Below are positions 34,235 through 43,804 of a stretch of DNA of 64,000 bases, one piece after another (within the stretch, counting starts at the first letter, position 1; the number at the start of each line of letters is the position of its first letter). Made by a program: the position numbers and the translations under genes. The notes under the pieces are model-generated. The model had not been told where the DNA came from, ran no database searches, and worked only from the letters and a program-made list of their open reading frames with translations. Source of the stretch: a virus (lineage: Duplodnaviria; Caudoviricetes); IMG/VR virus record IMGVR_UViG_3300032038_000063, positions 6,907 to 70,906 of that record; one strand, 5' to 3'.

Positions 34235-34705
34235 ATGAAGTCGTTGGACAAACTGAGGAGTTGTTTCGACAACTACGCGCTCTTGAACACCACGACTGCG
34301 AAGAGTGTTGTGAGGGAGAAAGCGGACGAAATCGAGAAGGAGATTGAGGAACGTTGTGTTTTACTCCCGCTCGACAAGGACGGTGTTCCCATCCACATCG
34401 GGGACGAGATGGCTGACCAAGAAAAAGACAGGTTTGTCGTGAGCGGACTCGACTTCAGCGACACTTACGTTGGCGTATGCAAAATCATAGGCATCAGATA
34501 CGGTATCGAATACCCTTATCAGCCGTCCAAAATCGTCCACTATCACAAGCCCACAGTGGAGGAAGTGCTTGAAGAGTACCGCGTCAGGTACTACGACCTC
34601 GTGACCGACATGGAGTGCAAGAACATCACCAATGAGGAGTACGTGCGGGGCATAAGGGAGCTTGCGACGGAATATGCCGCCAAGCTTCAACTCAAGGAGG
34701 AGTAG
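34235..34705 (+). CDS. Hypothetical protein, paralog of 21541..22038
   Basis: MKSLDKLR ... LPLDKDGVPI. Confidence 0.6.
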   Translation: MKSLDKLRSCFDNYALLNTTTAKSVVREKADEIEKEIEERCVLLPLDKDGVPIHIGDEMADQEKDRFVVSGLDFSDTYVGVCKIIGIRYGIEYPYQPSKIVHYHKPTVEEVLEEYRVRYYDLVTDMECKNITNEEYVRGIRELATEYAAKLQLKEE

Positions 34706-34708
34706 GAC

Positions 34709-34978
34709 TTGAACGCAAACGATTATGTCAGAGGATACGACGAGCACGGAGACGAGATTGACGAGCTTGAGAGGCTTATCAAGGACGGAAAGCTCCAATC
34801 GAGACTCAATGAACTTGCCTCACATTGGGAAGAGGTCATGAGGCTGTGCGAGAAGTACGGGCTCATAAACTTCTGCTACGGAGGAGCCGCCACGTTATGC
34901 ACGCACAAGGCCTATCTCGAAGCCAACTCGCCGAAGGACGTTGCCGACAGGTTGAGGACTTGCAGCGTTGACATATGA
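34709..34978 (+). CDS. Hypothetical protein
   Basis: GGAGGAG upstream of a TTG start. Confidence 0.5.
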   Translation: MNANDYVRGYDEHGDEIDELERLIKDGKLQSRLNELASHWEEVMRLCEKYGLINFCYGGAATLCTHKAYLEANSPKDVADRLRTCSVDI

Positions 34979-35186
34979 TTCGAAGCTTGCCATAATTGGA
35001 TGGTGAGGCAAAGTAACGGATTCCTCATCTTCCTTCTTGGGCGGACAAGCCGTCGAGTGTCCGAAACAACCACGGCAAGGGGTTTTGCCAGCCGTACCCT
35101 GATTGGCACCTCCATGACAAACGGCTGGCTCCTTTCGGTGTATAATCGCCGACATAGGCGAAACTCAAAGACCGAGAGGCTTTTCT

Positions 35187-36581
35187 ATGACTGGATTGGT
35201 CACGTATCAGGACTTCTTGGAGGCCAAGGAAAAGGACGGCCTCGTGGAGTTCATATCTTCCGCTATAGACTCGTACAAGAGAGGCGACGATTACAAGACG
35301 GCCTTGATAGCTGACGAGTACGACAGACAGATGAACACCACCATAGTCAACTACTCGCGCACTTTGTACAGCTTGACTGGGACGAAGGTTGAGGACTACA
35401 CCGCTTCGAACAACAAGCTGTGCTCGAACTTCTTCAACCGACTCAACACGCAGAGGTGCGAGTACTCCCTCGGCAACGGAATATCGTTCGTAGGCGCTGG
35501 CGAGAGAGGGAAGGACACGACCAAGGAGAGACTTGGCAAGCACTTCGACCACGACGTGAAGCAGGCTGGATACTACGCGTTGACTCACGGCAAGTCGTAC
35601 CTGTTCTGGGACTTGGACAGGATACACGTATTCAAGGTCACGGAATTCGTGCCTCTCGTGGACGAGAGCACTGGCGAGCTGAGAGCTGGCATAAGGTGGT
35701 GGCAGATTGACCGAAGCAAGCCGATGATTGCCGTTCTCTACGAGGTTGACGGGTTCACGAAGTACAAGACGGCAAAGGACGGAGGGCTTGAGGAGTCGCA
35801 GCCGAAGAGGGCGTATGTGCAGAGGTACCAGAAGACCGACGCCGATGACACGGCGGAACTCCTCGGCGAGGACAACTACGACTCGCTGCCGATAGTCACG
35901 ATGTACGGCTCTAGGCTCAAGCAGTCGACGATAGTGGGCATGCGGCCGCTCATAGACTCATACGACCTCGTGTGCTCCGGCTTTGCTAACAACATGACCG
36001 ACTGCGCGGAGATATACTGGATTGTGAACAACGCCGGAGGCATGGAAGACCAAGACCTCATGAGGTTCCGCGACCGATTGAAGTTGCAGCACATAGCGAC
36101 TGTCGACGGCTCTGAGGGCGCTAGCGTTGTCCCATACACGCAGAGCGTCCCTCACGAGTCAAGCGAGGCGTTGCTGGACAGGCTTCAGAACGACCTCTAC
36201 AGGAACTTCGGGGCGCTAGACGTGCACACGGTGGCCGCAAGCTCGACCAACGACCACATAGACGCGGCGTACCAACCGATGGACGAGAACGCAAGCGACT
36301 TCGAGAGCTGGGTTTCCGAGGCCATAGTAAACCTGCTCGCCCTCTTGTGCATTGATGACGAGCCAGTGTTCAGCAGGAACAGGATATCGAATCAGCTTGA
36401 GCAGGTGCAGATTGTGGCTCAGGAGGCGCAGTGGCTCGACCACGAGACCACGTTGAGGAAGCTTCCGAACATCACCCCAGAGGAGGTTCAGGCAGTGCTT
36501 GACAGGTCCGAGGAGGAGAACATGAGAAGGTTCACGTCGATGCAGCAGCCGAGACAGGAGGAAGAGGATGAGAGCGAATAG
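35187..36581 (+). CDS. Portal protein (SPP1 gp6-like)
   Basis: 464 aa; NFF.RL.TQ..EYSLGNG, LIDSYDL..S..ANN; followed by a MuF-like gene. Confidence 0.85.
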   Translation: MTGLVTYQDFLEAKEKDGLVEFISSAIDSYKRGDDYKTALIADEYDRQMNTTIVNYSRTLYSLTGTKVEDYTASNNKLCSNFFNRLNTQRCEYSLGNGISFVGAGERGKDTTKERLGKHFDHDVKQAGYYALTHGKSYLFWDLDRIHVFKVTEFVPLVDESTGELRAGIRWWQIDRSKPMIAVLYEVDGFTKYKTAKDGGLEESQPKRAYVQRYQKTDADDTAELLGEDNYDSLPIVTMYGSRLKQSTIVGMRPLIDSYDLVCSGFANNMTDCAEIYWIVNNAGGMEDQDLMRFRDRLKLQHIATVDGSEGASVVPYTQSVPHESSEALLDRLQNDLYRNFGALDVHTVAASSTNDHIDAAYQPMDENASDFESWVSEAIVNLLALLCIDDEPVFSRNRISNQLEQVQIVAQEAQWLDHETTLRKLPNITPEEVQAVLDRSEEENMRRFTSMQQPRQEEEDESE

Positions 36582-36924
36582 CGAGAGCAACATGATGGTG
36601 CCGAACGTGCATCTATTCCACAACAGAAAGAAGTGCAAGAAGTTCTTGAAGCGCAACGGATGGAAGAAGGTCAAGTTCTACGGGACTGGCGCACAGATGA
36701 TGTACGCGGACGGCATGGCCGTAATACTCATGGAGCACGAGGGAGACCCGATTGCCGAGGCATCTTTGCTCGTGCACGAGTGCTACCACGCAGCCTACCA
36801 TCACATGGACTGGATGGGCGAGGACGATTACGGCGAGGAGTCGATGGCATACCTGATTCAGACGATATCGCATGGCGTACTAGAGGCTCATGACGCTTGG
36901 AGGCGCAAGCGAAGAGTGGTATGA
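36568..36924 (+). CDS. HExxH-containing putative zinc-metallopeptidase-like protein
   Basis: LLVHECYHAA...EESMAY. Confidence 0.5.
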   Translation: MRANSESNMMVPNVHLFHNRKKCKKFLKRNGWKKVKFYGTGAQMMYADGMAVILMEHEGDPIAEASLLVHECYHAAYHHMDWMGEDDYGEESMAYLIQTISHGVLEAHDAWRRKRRVV

Positions 36925-37228
36925 TTTCCATGCAGTCGATGCGTTTGCGTCGGGCTGTATTCACCACGGCGTTTGAACGCAACGGGTCGCAACCGTTGGG
37001 CGCGGTGGGAGGGTTGGCTTCCCTTAATCCAAGTGAATCGGAAGGCCCGAGAAAAGACCCCCGAGTGGCTTAGGACTTCGGGGGAATTTTCTTGCAAAAG
37101 TCCTTTACAAAAGTCTGATAGAATTCAAGTCTGACGCCCCCGTGGGCGCTGGCAGAGCTTGGAACTGCCCGAAAACAACAAGCCCTCTTGGCGGCGCGGG
37201 GCAACGCCATGGACTCTAGACTGCGGGG

Positions 37229-38239
37229 GTGAGCATGAGGGACATAGGCCACGAGTGGACCGACGAGGAGATTCGCAAGCTTGAGATAAGGCTGCACGGG
37301 ATATACTCTCAGGCCGCGAACGAGATGCAGGACAAGCTGGAAGAATGGCTCAAGGACTACGAGAAGCAGAGGAAGGCTTGGGAGTCTGCGGTGAAGTCAG
37401 GCTCAAGGACTCGTCAGGACTACGAGGACTGGCTGTCTGACAGGGCGATGGAGCGCTCTTGGCAGGAGGGCATGATTGAGACCATTTCCAGAGACGCGGT
37501 GAACGCCGACATAAGGGCACGCCAGATAATCAACGACGAGATTCCCACGATAATCACCGAGAACGCGAACATGTCGGGATACGCCATTGACATGCAGAGC
37601 GGACTCGACACCATGTTCACGCTCTACGACCAAGACGCGATACGATTCCTCCTGAGCGAACCAGAGCTTTACCCGCAGGTGGACGTACCGAGGGACTTGG
37701 CTTGGAACAGGCAGAAGTTCTCAAGCGCGATGACGCAATCGATTCTACAGGGAGAGTCGATACCGAACATAGCGAGAAGGCTGTCAACCGTTCTGGACAT
37801 GGACGCGAGGGCCGCAGTGATGGTTGCAAGGACTTCCACCACATACGCCGAGTCCACTGGGAAGAGGCTTTCCTACGAAAGGGCCAAGAGCATCGGCATA
37901 CCGATACGTCAGGAGTGGAGGGCGAACCTAGACGGAAGGACTCGACTTGAGCACAGACAGGCCGACGGTCAGGTGGTTGAGGTAGGCCAGAAGTTCAACG
38001 TGGGAGGGTACAAGATGGTAAGCCCCGGAGACCCATCGGCTCCATACCACCTAATTTGCAACTGCCGCTGCCGCCTACGGCCCGTCTTGGACTACGACAA
38101 CATACCAGAGGCCGTGGTCCATAGGTACAACCGACTACCGAAGAACGTATCATACGAGGACTGGAAGAGCGGCATCTACCGAACGCATCCAGACCACACC
38201 GAAACCGAGTCCAGTAAAAAGGAGAGGGGTGTGAAGTAA
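37229..38239 (+). CDS. Minor head protein (SPP1 gp7/Mu gpF-like)
   Basis: SILQGESIP.IARRL, ARTSTT, W.A.LDGRTR.EH..ADGQ, NCRC. Confidence 0.88.
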   Translation: MSMRDIGHEWTDEEIRKLEIRLHGIYSQAANEMQDKLEEWLKDYEKQRKAWESAVKSGSRTRQDYEDWLSDRAMERSWQEGMIETISRDAVNADIRARQIINDEIPTIITENANMSGYAIDMQSGLDTMFTLYDQDAIRFLLSEPELYPQVDVPRDLAWNRQKFSSAMTQSILQGESIPNIARRLSTVLDMDARAAVMVARTSTTYAESTGKRLSYERAKSIGIPIRQEWRANLDGRTRLEHRQADGQVVEVGQKFNVGGYKMVSPGDPSAPYHLICNCRCRLRPVLDYDNIPEAVVHRYNRLPKNVSYEDWKSGIYRTHPDHTETESSKKERGVK

Positions 38240-38682
38240 TGGCACTTTCTGACGATTTGAGCAAAAGGATAGGGAAGTACACCAAGAAGGGTACCAAGAT
38301 AACCCAAGCTCACGTTGACCAAGCAAGGGCGATTGAGTCCGAGAACGTAATAATAGCTCAGAACAACACCCGTATAATTGCCAATGCGATAAACCAAGCT
38401 ACGATGAGGGCATTGGAGGCGGTTGGTCTTGAGGTCCAGAGGATAGCATCCGACAACGCCCCCGTCGACACAGGGAGGCTCGCTGCGTCCATCACGCACG
38501 CGCTCGACCCAGACGAGCCAGCGGTGTACATAGGCACGAACGTCGAATACGCTGGCGTTCAGGAGCTTGGTTCTTCTAAGCAATCAGCAGCCAACGGTGG
38601 TCGTGGGTATCTCAGACCTGCCGTAAACGACAATGTGGCGAGAATAAACGCAATCTTCAACGCCGAGTTCAGAAACGGCTAG
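38239..38682 (+). CDS. HK97 gp10-like head-tail component
   Basis: APVDTGRLAASI, YIGTNVEYA..QELG. Confidence 0.8.
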   Translation: MALSDDLSKRIGKYTKKGTKITQAHVDQARAIESENVIIAQNNTRIIANAINQATMRALEAVGLEVQRIASDNAPVDTGRLAASITHALDPDEPAVYIGTNVEYAGVQELGSSKQSAANGGRGYLRPAVNDNVARINAIFNAEFRNG

Positions 38683-38790
38683 AATGTAGCCAATTGCCCT
38701 CGAACGCTTCGGCTGAGAGGTAGGCCCGTGGCATGCGTGTTGCGGGTCTTTCTTTGTAAAAAAATTCTGCAAGAAAATTTGTATTATCAC

Positions 38791-38819
38791 TATACAAATA
38801 GTGTTTAGTATTGTATAAT
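38791..38819 (+). promoter_or_regulatory. Promoter P11
   Basis: TATACA-N17-TATAAT followed by the AAGCAAAGGAAAA leader. Confidence 0.75.
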
Positions 38820-38861
38820 ATAACAATAAGCAAAGGAAAACCAACCGAAAGGAACCCCAAA

Positions 38862-39254
38862 ATGACCAAGGCAGAGAACATATTCAGGGCTACTAGGTTC
38901 GAAGCGTTGAGGATTATCGAGAGCAGTCACCAAGAACTCACCGAGCACTGGCGGATAGCTGGCTGGTGCTATGGCAAGACCCCAGAAGGACAGCAGTTCA
39001 TGAGCCAGCGAACTCTGAACGACGTTCTCAAGCACATCGAAAGGGAAGAGCGCAGGCTTGACATGAACGACAAGTACGGCATCAGCGCAAAAGACCCCGA
39101 GAGGGCAGCGATGCAGCGCGAGGCCGTGAGGGTACTCAAGGACATGGCTGCTGAGCAGCAGAAGAGGTTCGACCGAGAGAAGGAGGAAAGAGCGGCCCGC
39201 AAGACCATGAGCTACGATGACTTCATGGCTGAGTACTACCCGCAGTATTGCTAA
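38862..39254 (+). CDS. Moron-like accessory protein within the head module
   Basis: Has its own promoter (P11), GAAAGGA RBS and terminator. Confidence 0.7.
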   Translation: MTKAENIFRATRFEALRIIESSHQELTEHWRIAGWCYGKTPEGQQFMSQRTLNDVLKHIEREERRLDMNDKYGISAKDPERAAMQREAVRVLKDMAAEQQKRFDREKEERAARKTMSYDDFMAEYYPQYC

Positions 39255-39303
39255 AGAAGAAGGGAGTCCGAAAGGACTCCCAAGCAAAGGCATTCACAAT
39301 TGC

Positions 39304-39329
39304 GCCCGCCTACCAAGCGGGCTTTTTTT
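39304..39329 (+). terminator. Intrinsic terminator
   Basis: GCCCGC-ctaccaa-GCGGGC-T7. Confidence 0.85.
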
Positions 39330-39481
39330 ATGGCTGTAGAACGCACGAGAATATGTGAGCATGCATAAACATCCGTCTTTATAAACACAGTTTGCATAGA
39401 TTGTCAAGTAGTGATAACATCGTGCATAGAGCGGCGAGGAACTGACCGCGAATCTGGATAATCCGAAGAAATGGAGAACAC

Positions 39482-40120
39482 ATGCTCACACGGAAGATGC
39501 TCAAGGCAATGAGTATTGAAAGTGACGCCATCGACCAAATCATCGAGGCCCACACCGAGACCGTGGACGCGCTAAAGGAGCAGCGCGACGGCTACAAGGC
39601 CGAGGCGGAGAAGGCAAAGGGGCTTAGCGACGAGCTTGACAAGGTGAAGAGGCAGCTTGACGAGGCGAGCAAGGACAACGGAACCGCAGAGCTTCAGAAG
39701 ACCAACGACCAACAGGCCAAGGAAATCGAAAAGCTCAAGGCAGAAAACGAGTCACTGAAGTCCGAGTTCGATGCCTACAAGTCAGACGCAGAGGCCAAGG
39801 ACGCGATGCGTGCGAAGACCGAAGCGTACAAGTCGCTGCTTGAGAAGGCGGGAATCGCCCCGAAGTACGTGGGCAAGGTTCTTAAAGTGACAAGCCTCGA
39901 AGACGTAGAGCTTGACGAGAACGGCGAGGTCAAGGACTCCGAAAGCGCACTGAAGTGCATCAAGGACGAGTGGCCCGAGTTCATCGCGAAGAAGCAGGTC
40001 AGAGGCGCAGGCACCGAGAACCCGCCCAGTGGCGGCAAGACTCCCGAGGGCATGAGCGAAATCGCCCAGAGGGCTATCCAGAGACACAACGAGAAGTACG
40101 GAATCGAACCAAAGGAGTAG
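39482..40120 (+). CDS. Head scaffolding protein
   Basis: LTRKMLKAM.I..D.IDQII.AH.ET, coiled coil, ends GAGTENPP; upstream of the capsid genes. Confidence 0.8.
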   Translation: MLTRKMLKAMSIESDAIDQIIEAHTETVDALKEQRDGYKAEAEKAKGLSDELDKVKRQLDEASKDNGTAELQKTNDQQAKEIEKLKAENESLKSEFDAYKSDAEAKDAMRAKTEAYKSLLEKAGIAPKYVGKVLKVTSLEDVELDENGEVKDSESALKCIKDEWPEFIAKKQVRGAGTENPPSGGKTPEGMSEIAQRAIQRHNEKYGIEPKE

Positions 40121-40123
40121 CTT

Positions 40124-40768
40124 ATGAGCTTCACCGCATCCGCTCAAGGCACGACCTTCGAGGCTGGCTGGTTCCTCGTAGATGACGAGAGCTGCCTTAG
40201 GGAGACCGCCACAATCGCGGCGAACCACGCCCAGAAGGTGACCCGCAACGGTCGCGTAATCGTTCCCATGGGAGCGGTAATTCCAGCGAACGGCGCAACT
40301 GCCAAGGGCATCCTCTACGAGGACATCGACGTTACCGATGGTGACGCGCCCGGTTCCATCGTGACCAAGGGCGTAATCTACGGCGACCGACTCCCTGCAA
40401 CGCTCGACAGCGACGCAGCGACGGCGCTGACTGGAATCAAGGTAAAGACCTCGCCAGCAGTCGTTCGGCCGTCAGTGTTCGGAAAGTTTGACACGCTCAC
40501 AGTAGAGTCCGAGGCTGGCACCGCAGTTGGCGACACCAAGCTCACGGTCGCAGGACACACGCTCGATTCTGGCGAGTCCTACGTCTACAAGACCCACGCC
40601 ACCGTAGCTCCGACCGTCAAGCTCGGGGATGACCTTACGGGCTGGACGGCTTGGGACGGCGACGATAATATCACGGCGACCACGGGCCACAAGATTACCG
40701 TCGCTGTCAAGGGAGCAGACGGCACCGCAGTTGCCGCTGGTTCCGCGACTGTTACCGCCAAGGCGTAA
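40124..40768 (+). CDS. Head decoration protein with C-terminal Ig-like domain
   Basis: KGILYEDIDVTDGD.PG..V..G; Thr/Ala-rich beta-strand C-terminus. Confidence 0.7.
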   Translation: MSFTASAQGTTFEAGWFLVDDESCLRETATIAANHAQKVTRNGRVIVPMGAVIPANGATAKGILYEDIDVTDGDAPGSIVTKGVIYGDRLPATLDSDAATALTGIKVKTSPAVVRPSVFGKFDTLTVESEAGTAVGDTKLTVAGHTLDSGESYVYKTHATVAPTVKLGDDLTGWTAWDGDDNITATTGHKITVAVKGADGTAVAAGSATVTAKA

Positions 40769-40779
40769 GGAGGCATGAC

Positions 40780-41856
40780 ATGGAACTCTTCAAGAACGTA
40801 CTCGGCATGGTCAGCGAGCCTGACCTGCTGAACACCGGATTCACCGTGGCGCGTCCGACCGACCCGACCGACGGGCTGTTCCCAGACGAGCGCACGGACA
40901 ACCTAGTGGCGAAGTGGAACATCATCGCCTCTGAGTACCAGATTCCGCAGATGGCGCAGTTCCACGCGTTCGACACCGTGGCGCAGAAGTCCATCCGCGT
41001 GCCCATCGACGAGAAGAACGTGGAGAAGGGCCTAATCAAGGTCAAGCGCAACACCTCCGAACTCCTCTACCAGCTCACGAACCGTGGCGTAACCGTTGAG
41101 TCGGCACTTTACGAGTACGTCATGAACGACAACCTCGCGCTCGCGGACGAGGTAATCACCCGCACGAAGGTGGCGAAGAACGAGCTGCTAGCGACTGGTC
41201 AGGTGACAATCAAGGAGAACAACCTCGACCTCACCGTTGACTACAACGTTCCTGCCGAGAACCTCTCCCTCACCCTCGACCTCGGAGACGGGGCATCCAA
41301 GCCAGCGGCAGACCAGATTGACGAAATCGTGAACACTGCGGCAGAGAAGGGCGTGACGCTCACTGGTATCGTGACCTCGCGCTCGACGCTTTCGAAGATG
41401 CGGCAGAACACGTCAATCCAGAAGGCAATCAACGGCAACTCAATGGCAGGAGTGCTCGTAAGCCGCAGCTCGCTCGAATCCTTCCTCGAAGCCGAGTTCG
41501 GCATCGACCGAATCATCACGAACGACCTCTCCTACTCCACTCCCTACACCGAAGGCTCCAACGGTCGGCCAGTCGTTCACCAGAAGCGCTTCTATCCGAA
41601 GGACAAGATTACGTTCTTCGGAACTGGAAACGGCATGACCCTTGGCCGAGGACTCTGGGGCATCCCGCCCGAGGAGCAGATTGCACGCTTCGAGCAGGTC
41701 GGTCAGTCTGGCGAGAACCCCTACGTATTCATGACCCAGTGGGCGGAGAAAGACCCCGCAGTCGTGTGGACGAAGGCTTCGGGGCTGTTCATGCCAGTGC
41801 TGTACAACCCCTACTCGCTCTACGTCGCGACCGTAACCGCCACGCCCGGAGCATAA
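40780..41856 (+). CDS. Major capsid protein (lambda gpE-like family)
   Basis: 358 aa after scaffold/decoration genes; A.FHAFDT.A, W.EKDP...WTKAS..FMPVL. Confidence 0.85.
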   Translation: MELFKNVLGMVSEPDLLNTGFTVARPTDPTDGLFPDERTDNLVAKWNIIASEYQIPQMAQFHAFDTVAQKSIRVPIDEKNVEKGLIKVKRNTSELLYQLTNRGVTVESALYEYVMNDNLALADEVITRTKVAKNELLATGQVTIKENNLDLTVDYNVPAENLSLTLDLGDGASKPAADQIDEIVNTAAEKGVTLTGIVTSRSTLSKMRQNTSIQKAINGNSMAGVLVSRSSLESFLEAEFGIDRIITNDLSYSTPYTEGSNGRPVVHQKRFYPKDKITFFGTGNGMTLGRGLWGIPPEEQIARFEQVGQSGENPYVFMTQWAEKDPAVVWTKASGLFMPVLYNPYSLYVATVTATPGA

Positions 41857-41858
41857 CC

Positions 41859-42053
41859 ATGTTCGCGGAGTGCGTAAGGGCGTTCCGCGACTTCACCCAC
41901 GGCATGCGTGAGGAGGGAGAGCGCTTCGAGGTCACCGAGGAGCGCTTCGCCCAAATCAACGGAACCAGATACGGCCAGTTGGTCAAGGCCGTGGATGCAG
42001 TCGAGAGGCCAAAGCGGAGACGGAGGAAGGATGACGAAGGAAGCGCTGCTTGA
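41859..42053 (+). CDS. Small head-associated protein
   Basis: CVRAFRD..H..R.EGERFEVTEERF..IN; directly after the MCP gene. Confidence 0.6.
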   Translation: MFAECVRAFRDFTHGMREEGERFEVTEERFAQINGTRYGQLVKAVDAVERPKRRRRKDDEGSAA

Positions 42054-42477
42054 CGATGTCCTGTCGTACATACACAACTACTTCGCCCGTGACCAACGCC
42101 CTGTGAGCGGTTGTGAAATCGCTGGCGGGGCGTTGCCCTTCGACATGCCAGAAGGCGTGTGGTACCGCATAGAAGGCTCCCTGCTCAACGACGGGATGCA
42201 CCAAGCGGGAAGCGAGGAGGTTCTTGCAGACGAGACGTTCGACGGAACCATAACGCTCTGCGCCGTTCCCAAGCCGCTGTTGGAGACGGTCGACCAGATT
42301 CTCGCTTGGATGGAGAAGAACGGCGACTCTGCCTATGGCCCGTACCAGTCCGAGTCGTTCGGAGGGTACAGCTACACGTTGAAGGGAAGCTCCACGTCAA
42401 ACGGCACGACTCCTCCCGTCACTGGATGGAAGGCCGCGTTCGCGGGAAGCTTCACGAGATGGAGGAAGTTGTCGTGA
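42031..42477 (+). CDS. Head-tail adaptor protein
   Basis: Position; L..IHNYF...QSESFGGYSYT. Confidence 0.7.
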   Translation: MTKEALLDDVLSYIHNYFARDQRPVSGCEIAGGALPFDMPEGVWYRIEGSLLNDGMHQAGSEEVLADETFDGTITLCAVPKPLLETVDQILAWMEKNGDSAYGPYQSESFGGYSYTLKGSSTSNGTTPPVTGWKAAFAGSFTRWRKLS

Positions 42478-42821
42478 GCCTGATAGACGATTTCAAGGTG
42501 CCATGCACCCTGCTTGAGAAGACGAGGGTTCCAGACGGCGAGGGTGGATGGAGCGTCGCTTGGAAGGACGGCATGAAGTTCACGGCGGCGATAACCAACC
42601 CTAACACGATAGAGTCTAGGGTTGCCGAGAAGGAGGGAATGACCTCGACGTTCACGGTGACAACCGAGAAGAACATGGGCCTAGACTTCCACGACGTGTT
42701 CCGCAGGGACACGGACGGAGACATATTCAGGGTGACTTCCGACTCGCAGGACAAGATGACGCCTGACAGGGCATCGTTCCAGTTCTCTCAGGTGTCTGCG
42801 GAGAAGTGGAGCCTCACATGA
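42474..42821 (+). CDS. Head closure (stopper) protein
   Basis: Position; DGEGG..V.W.DG..F, DIFRVTSD. Confidence 0.65.
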   Translation: MSLIDDFKVPCTLLEKTRVPDGEGGWSVAWKDGMKFTAAITNPNTIESRVAEKEGMTSTFTVTTEKNMGLDFHDVFRRDTDGDIFRVTSDSQDKMTPDRASFQFSQVSAEKWSLT

Positions 42822-43192
42822 CCTCGGAGGCGGCGCTGTACCAGTTCTTCAACGGCTTCCAGATTCCCGCCTATGCCGCGTCATCGGTTCCCAGCGACGC
42901 GACATTCCCGTACATCACTTACGAGCTTGCGATAGGCGAGATGATGGAGGAGGAGGTCAACATCCCCGTCAACGTCTGGTACAGGACGGAATCCGAGGCG
43001 CAGCCCAACGCCAAGGTGAGGGAGATGTACGACAGGATAGGCATGGGAGGGGTCACCGTGCCAGTAGACGACGGCATGCTCTGGATTAAGAGGGGCAGGC
43101 CATGGGCGCAGTCCATCACCGTAGCAGGCGAGGACGAGAAGGTAAAGAGACGCTATTTGAACATAGACGTAGAGTATCTGACCATAGGTTAG
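42818..43192 (+). CDS. Tail terminator/completion protein
   Basis: ALYQFF..F.IPAY...FPYITYE; immediately before the MTP gene. Confidence 0.7.
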   Translation: MTSEAALYQFFNGFQIPAYAASSVPSDATFPYITYELAIGEMMEEEVNIPVNVWYRTESEAQPNAKVREMYDRIGMGGVTVPVDDGMLWIKRGRPWAQSITVAGEDEKVKRRYLNIDVEYLTIG

Positions 43193-43202
43193 GAGCCTTA
43201 AT

Positions 43203-43793
43203 ATGAAATTCACACAGGTAGCTGCGGACGCCTTCGAGAAGCTTCAGCTCAACGCTGGCGTGCTGCTGACCGAGTTCGACCCCGCGACGGGTACGCTCGA
43301 CCGAACCAAGATTTTCGGTGCAACCACTGGCGGCGTTAACTTCACCGCCACGCCAGAGTTCACAGACTTCGGCGAGGACGTTGACAACGTTCCCGCCAAC
43401 ATGAAGGAGTTCAAGGTTCTCAGCTCCGTCACCGTCACCATGAGCGGCACGTTCCTCACCGTGGACACCGATACCGCCAAGAAGCTCATGGGTGCCGCAG
43501 ACATAGCGAGCAACAAGATAACGCCACGCGCAGACCTCAAGAGCACCGACTTCTTCGACATCTGGTGGGTCGGTGACTACAGCGACGTGAACGTTGACGG
43601 AGGGCAGGGTGCTTCCGCTGGCTTCATGGCAATCAAGCTCATCAACGCGCTTTCCACGGGCGGCTTCCAAGTGCAGAGCACCAAGGACGGGAAGGGCAAT
43701 ATGGCGTTCGAGTTCACGGGCCACTACAGCCTAGCCGACACGTCAATCGTGCCGTATGAGATTTACATCAAGCAGGGAACCGCATCCGAGTAG
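43203..43793 (+). CDS. Major tail protein
   Basis: GATTGGVNF.ATPEF.D.G, FEFTGHYS; position. Confidence 0.85.
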   Translation: MKFTQVAADAFEKLQLNAGVLLTEFDPATGTLDRTKIFGATTGGVNFTATPEFTDFGEDVDNVPANMKEFKVLSSVTVTMSGTFLTVDTDTAKKLMGAADIASNKITPRADLKSTDFFDIWWVGDYSDVNVDGGQGASAGFMAIKLINALSTGGFQVQSTKDGKGNMAFEFTGHYSLADTSIVPYEIYIKQGTASE

Positions 43794-43804
43794 GAGGAAG
43801 AGAA

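Noticed and set aside
37135-37210. tRNA gene (ends in ...CGCCA)
   Set aside because: No TTCG T-loop, no D-arm consensus and no 7-bp acceptor stem; kept only as part of a structured-RNA candidate.
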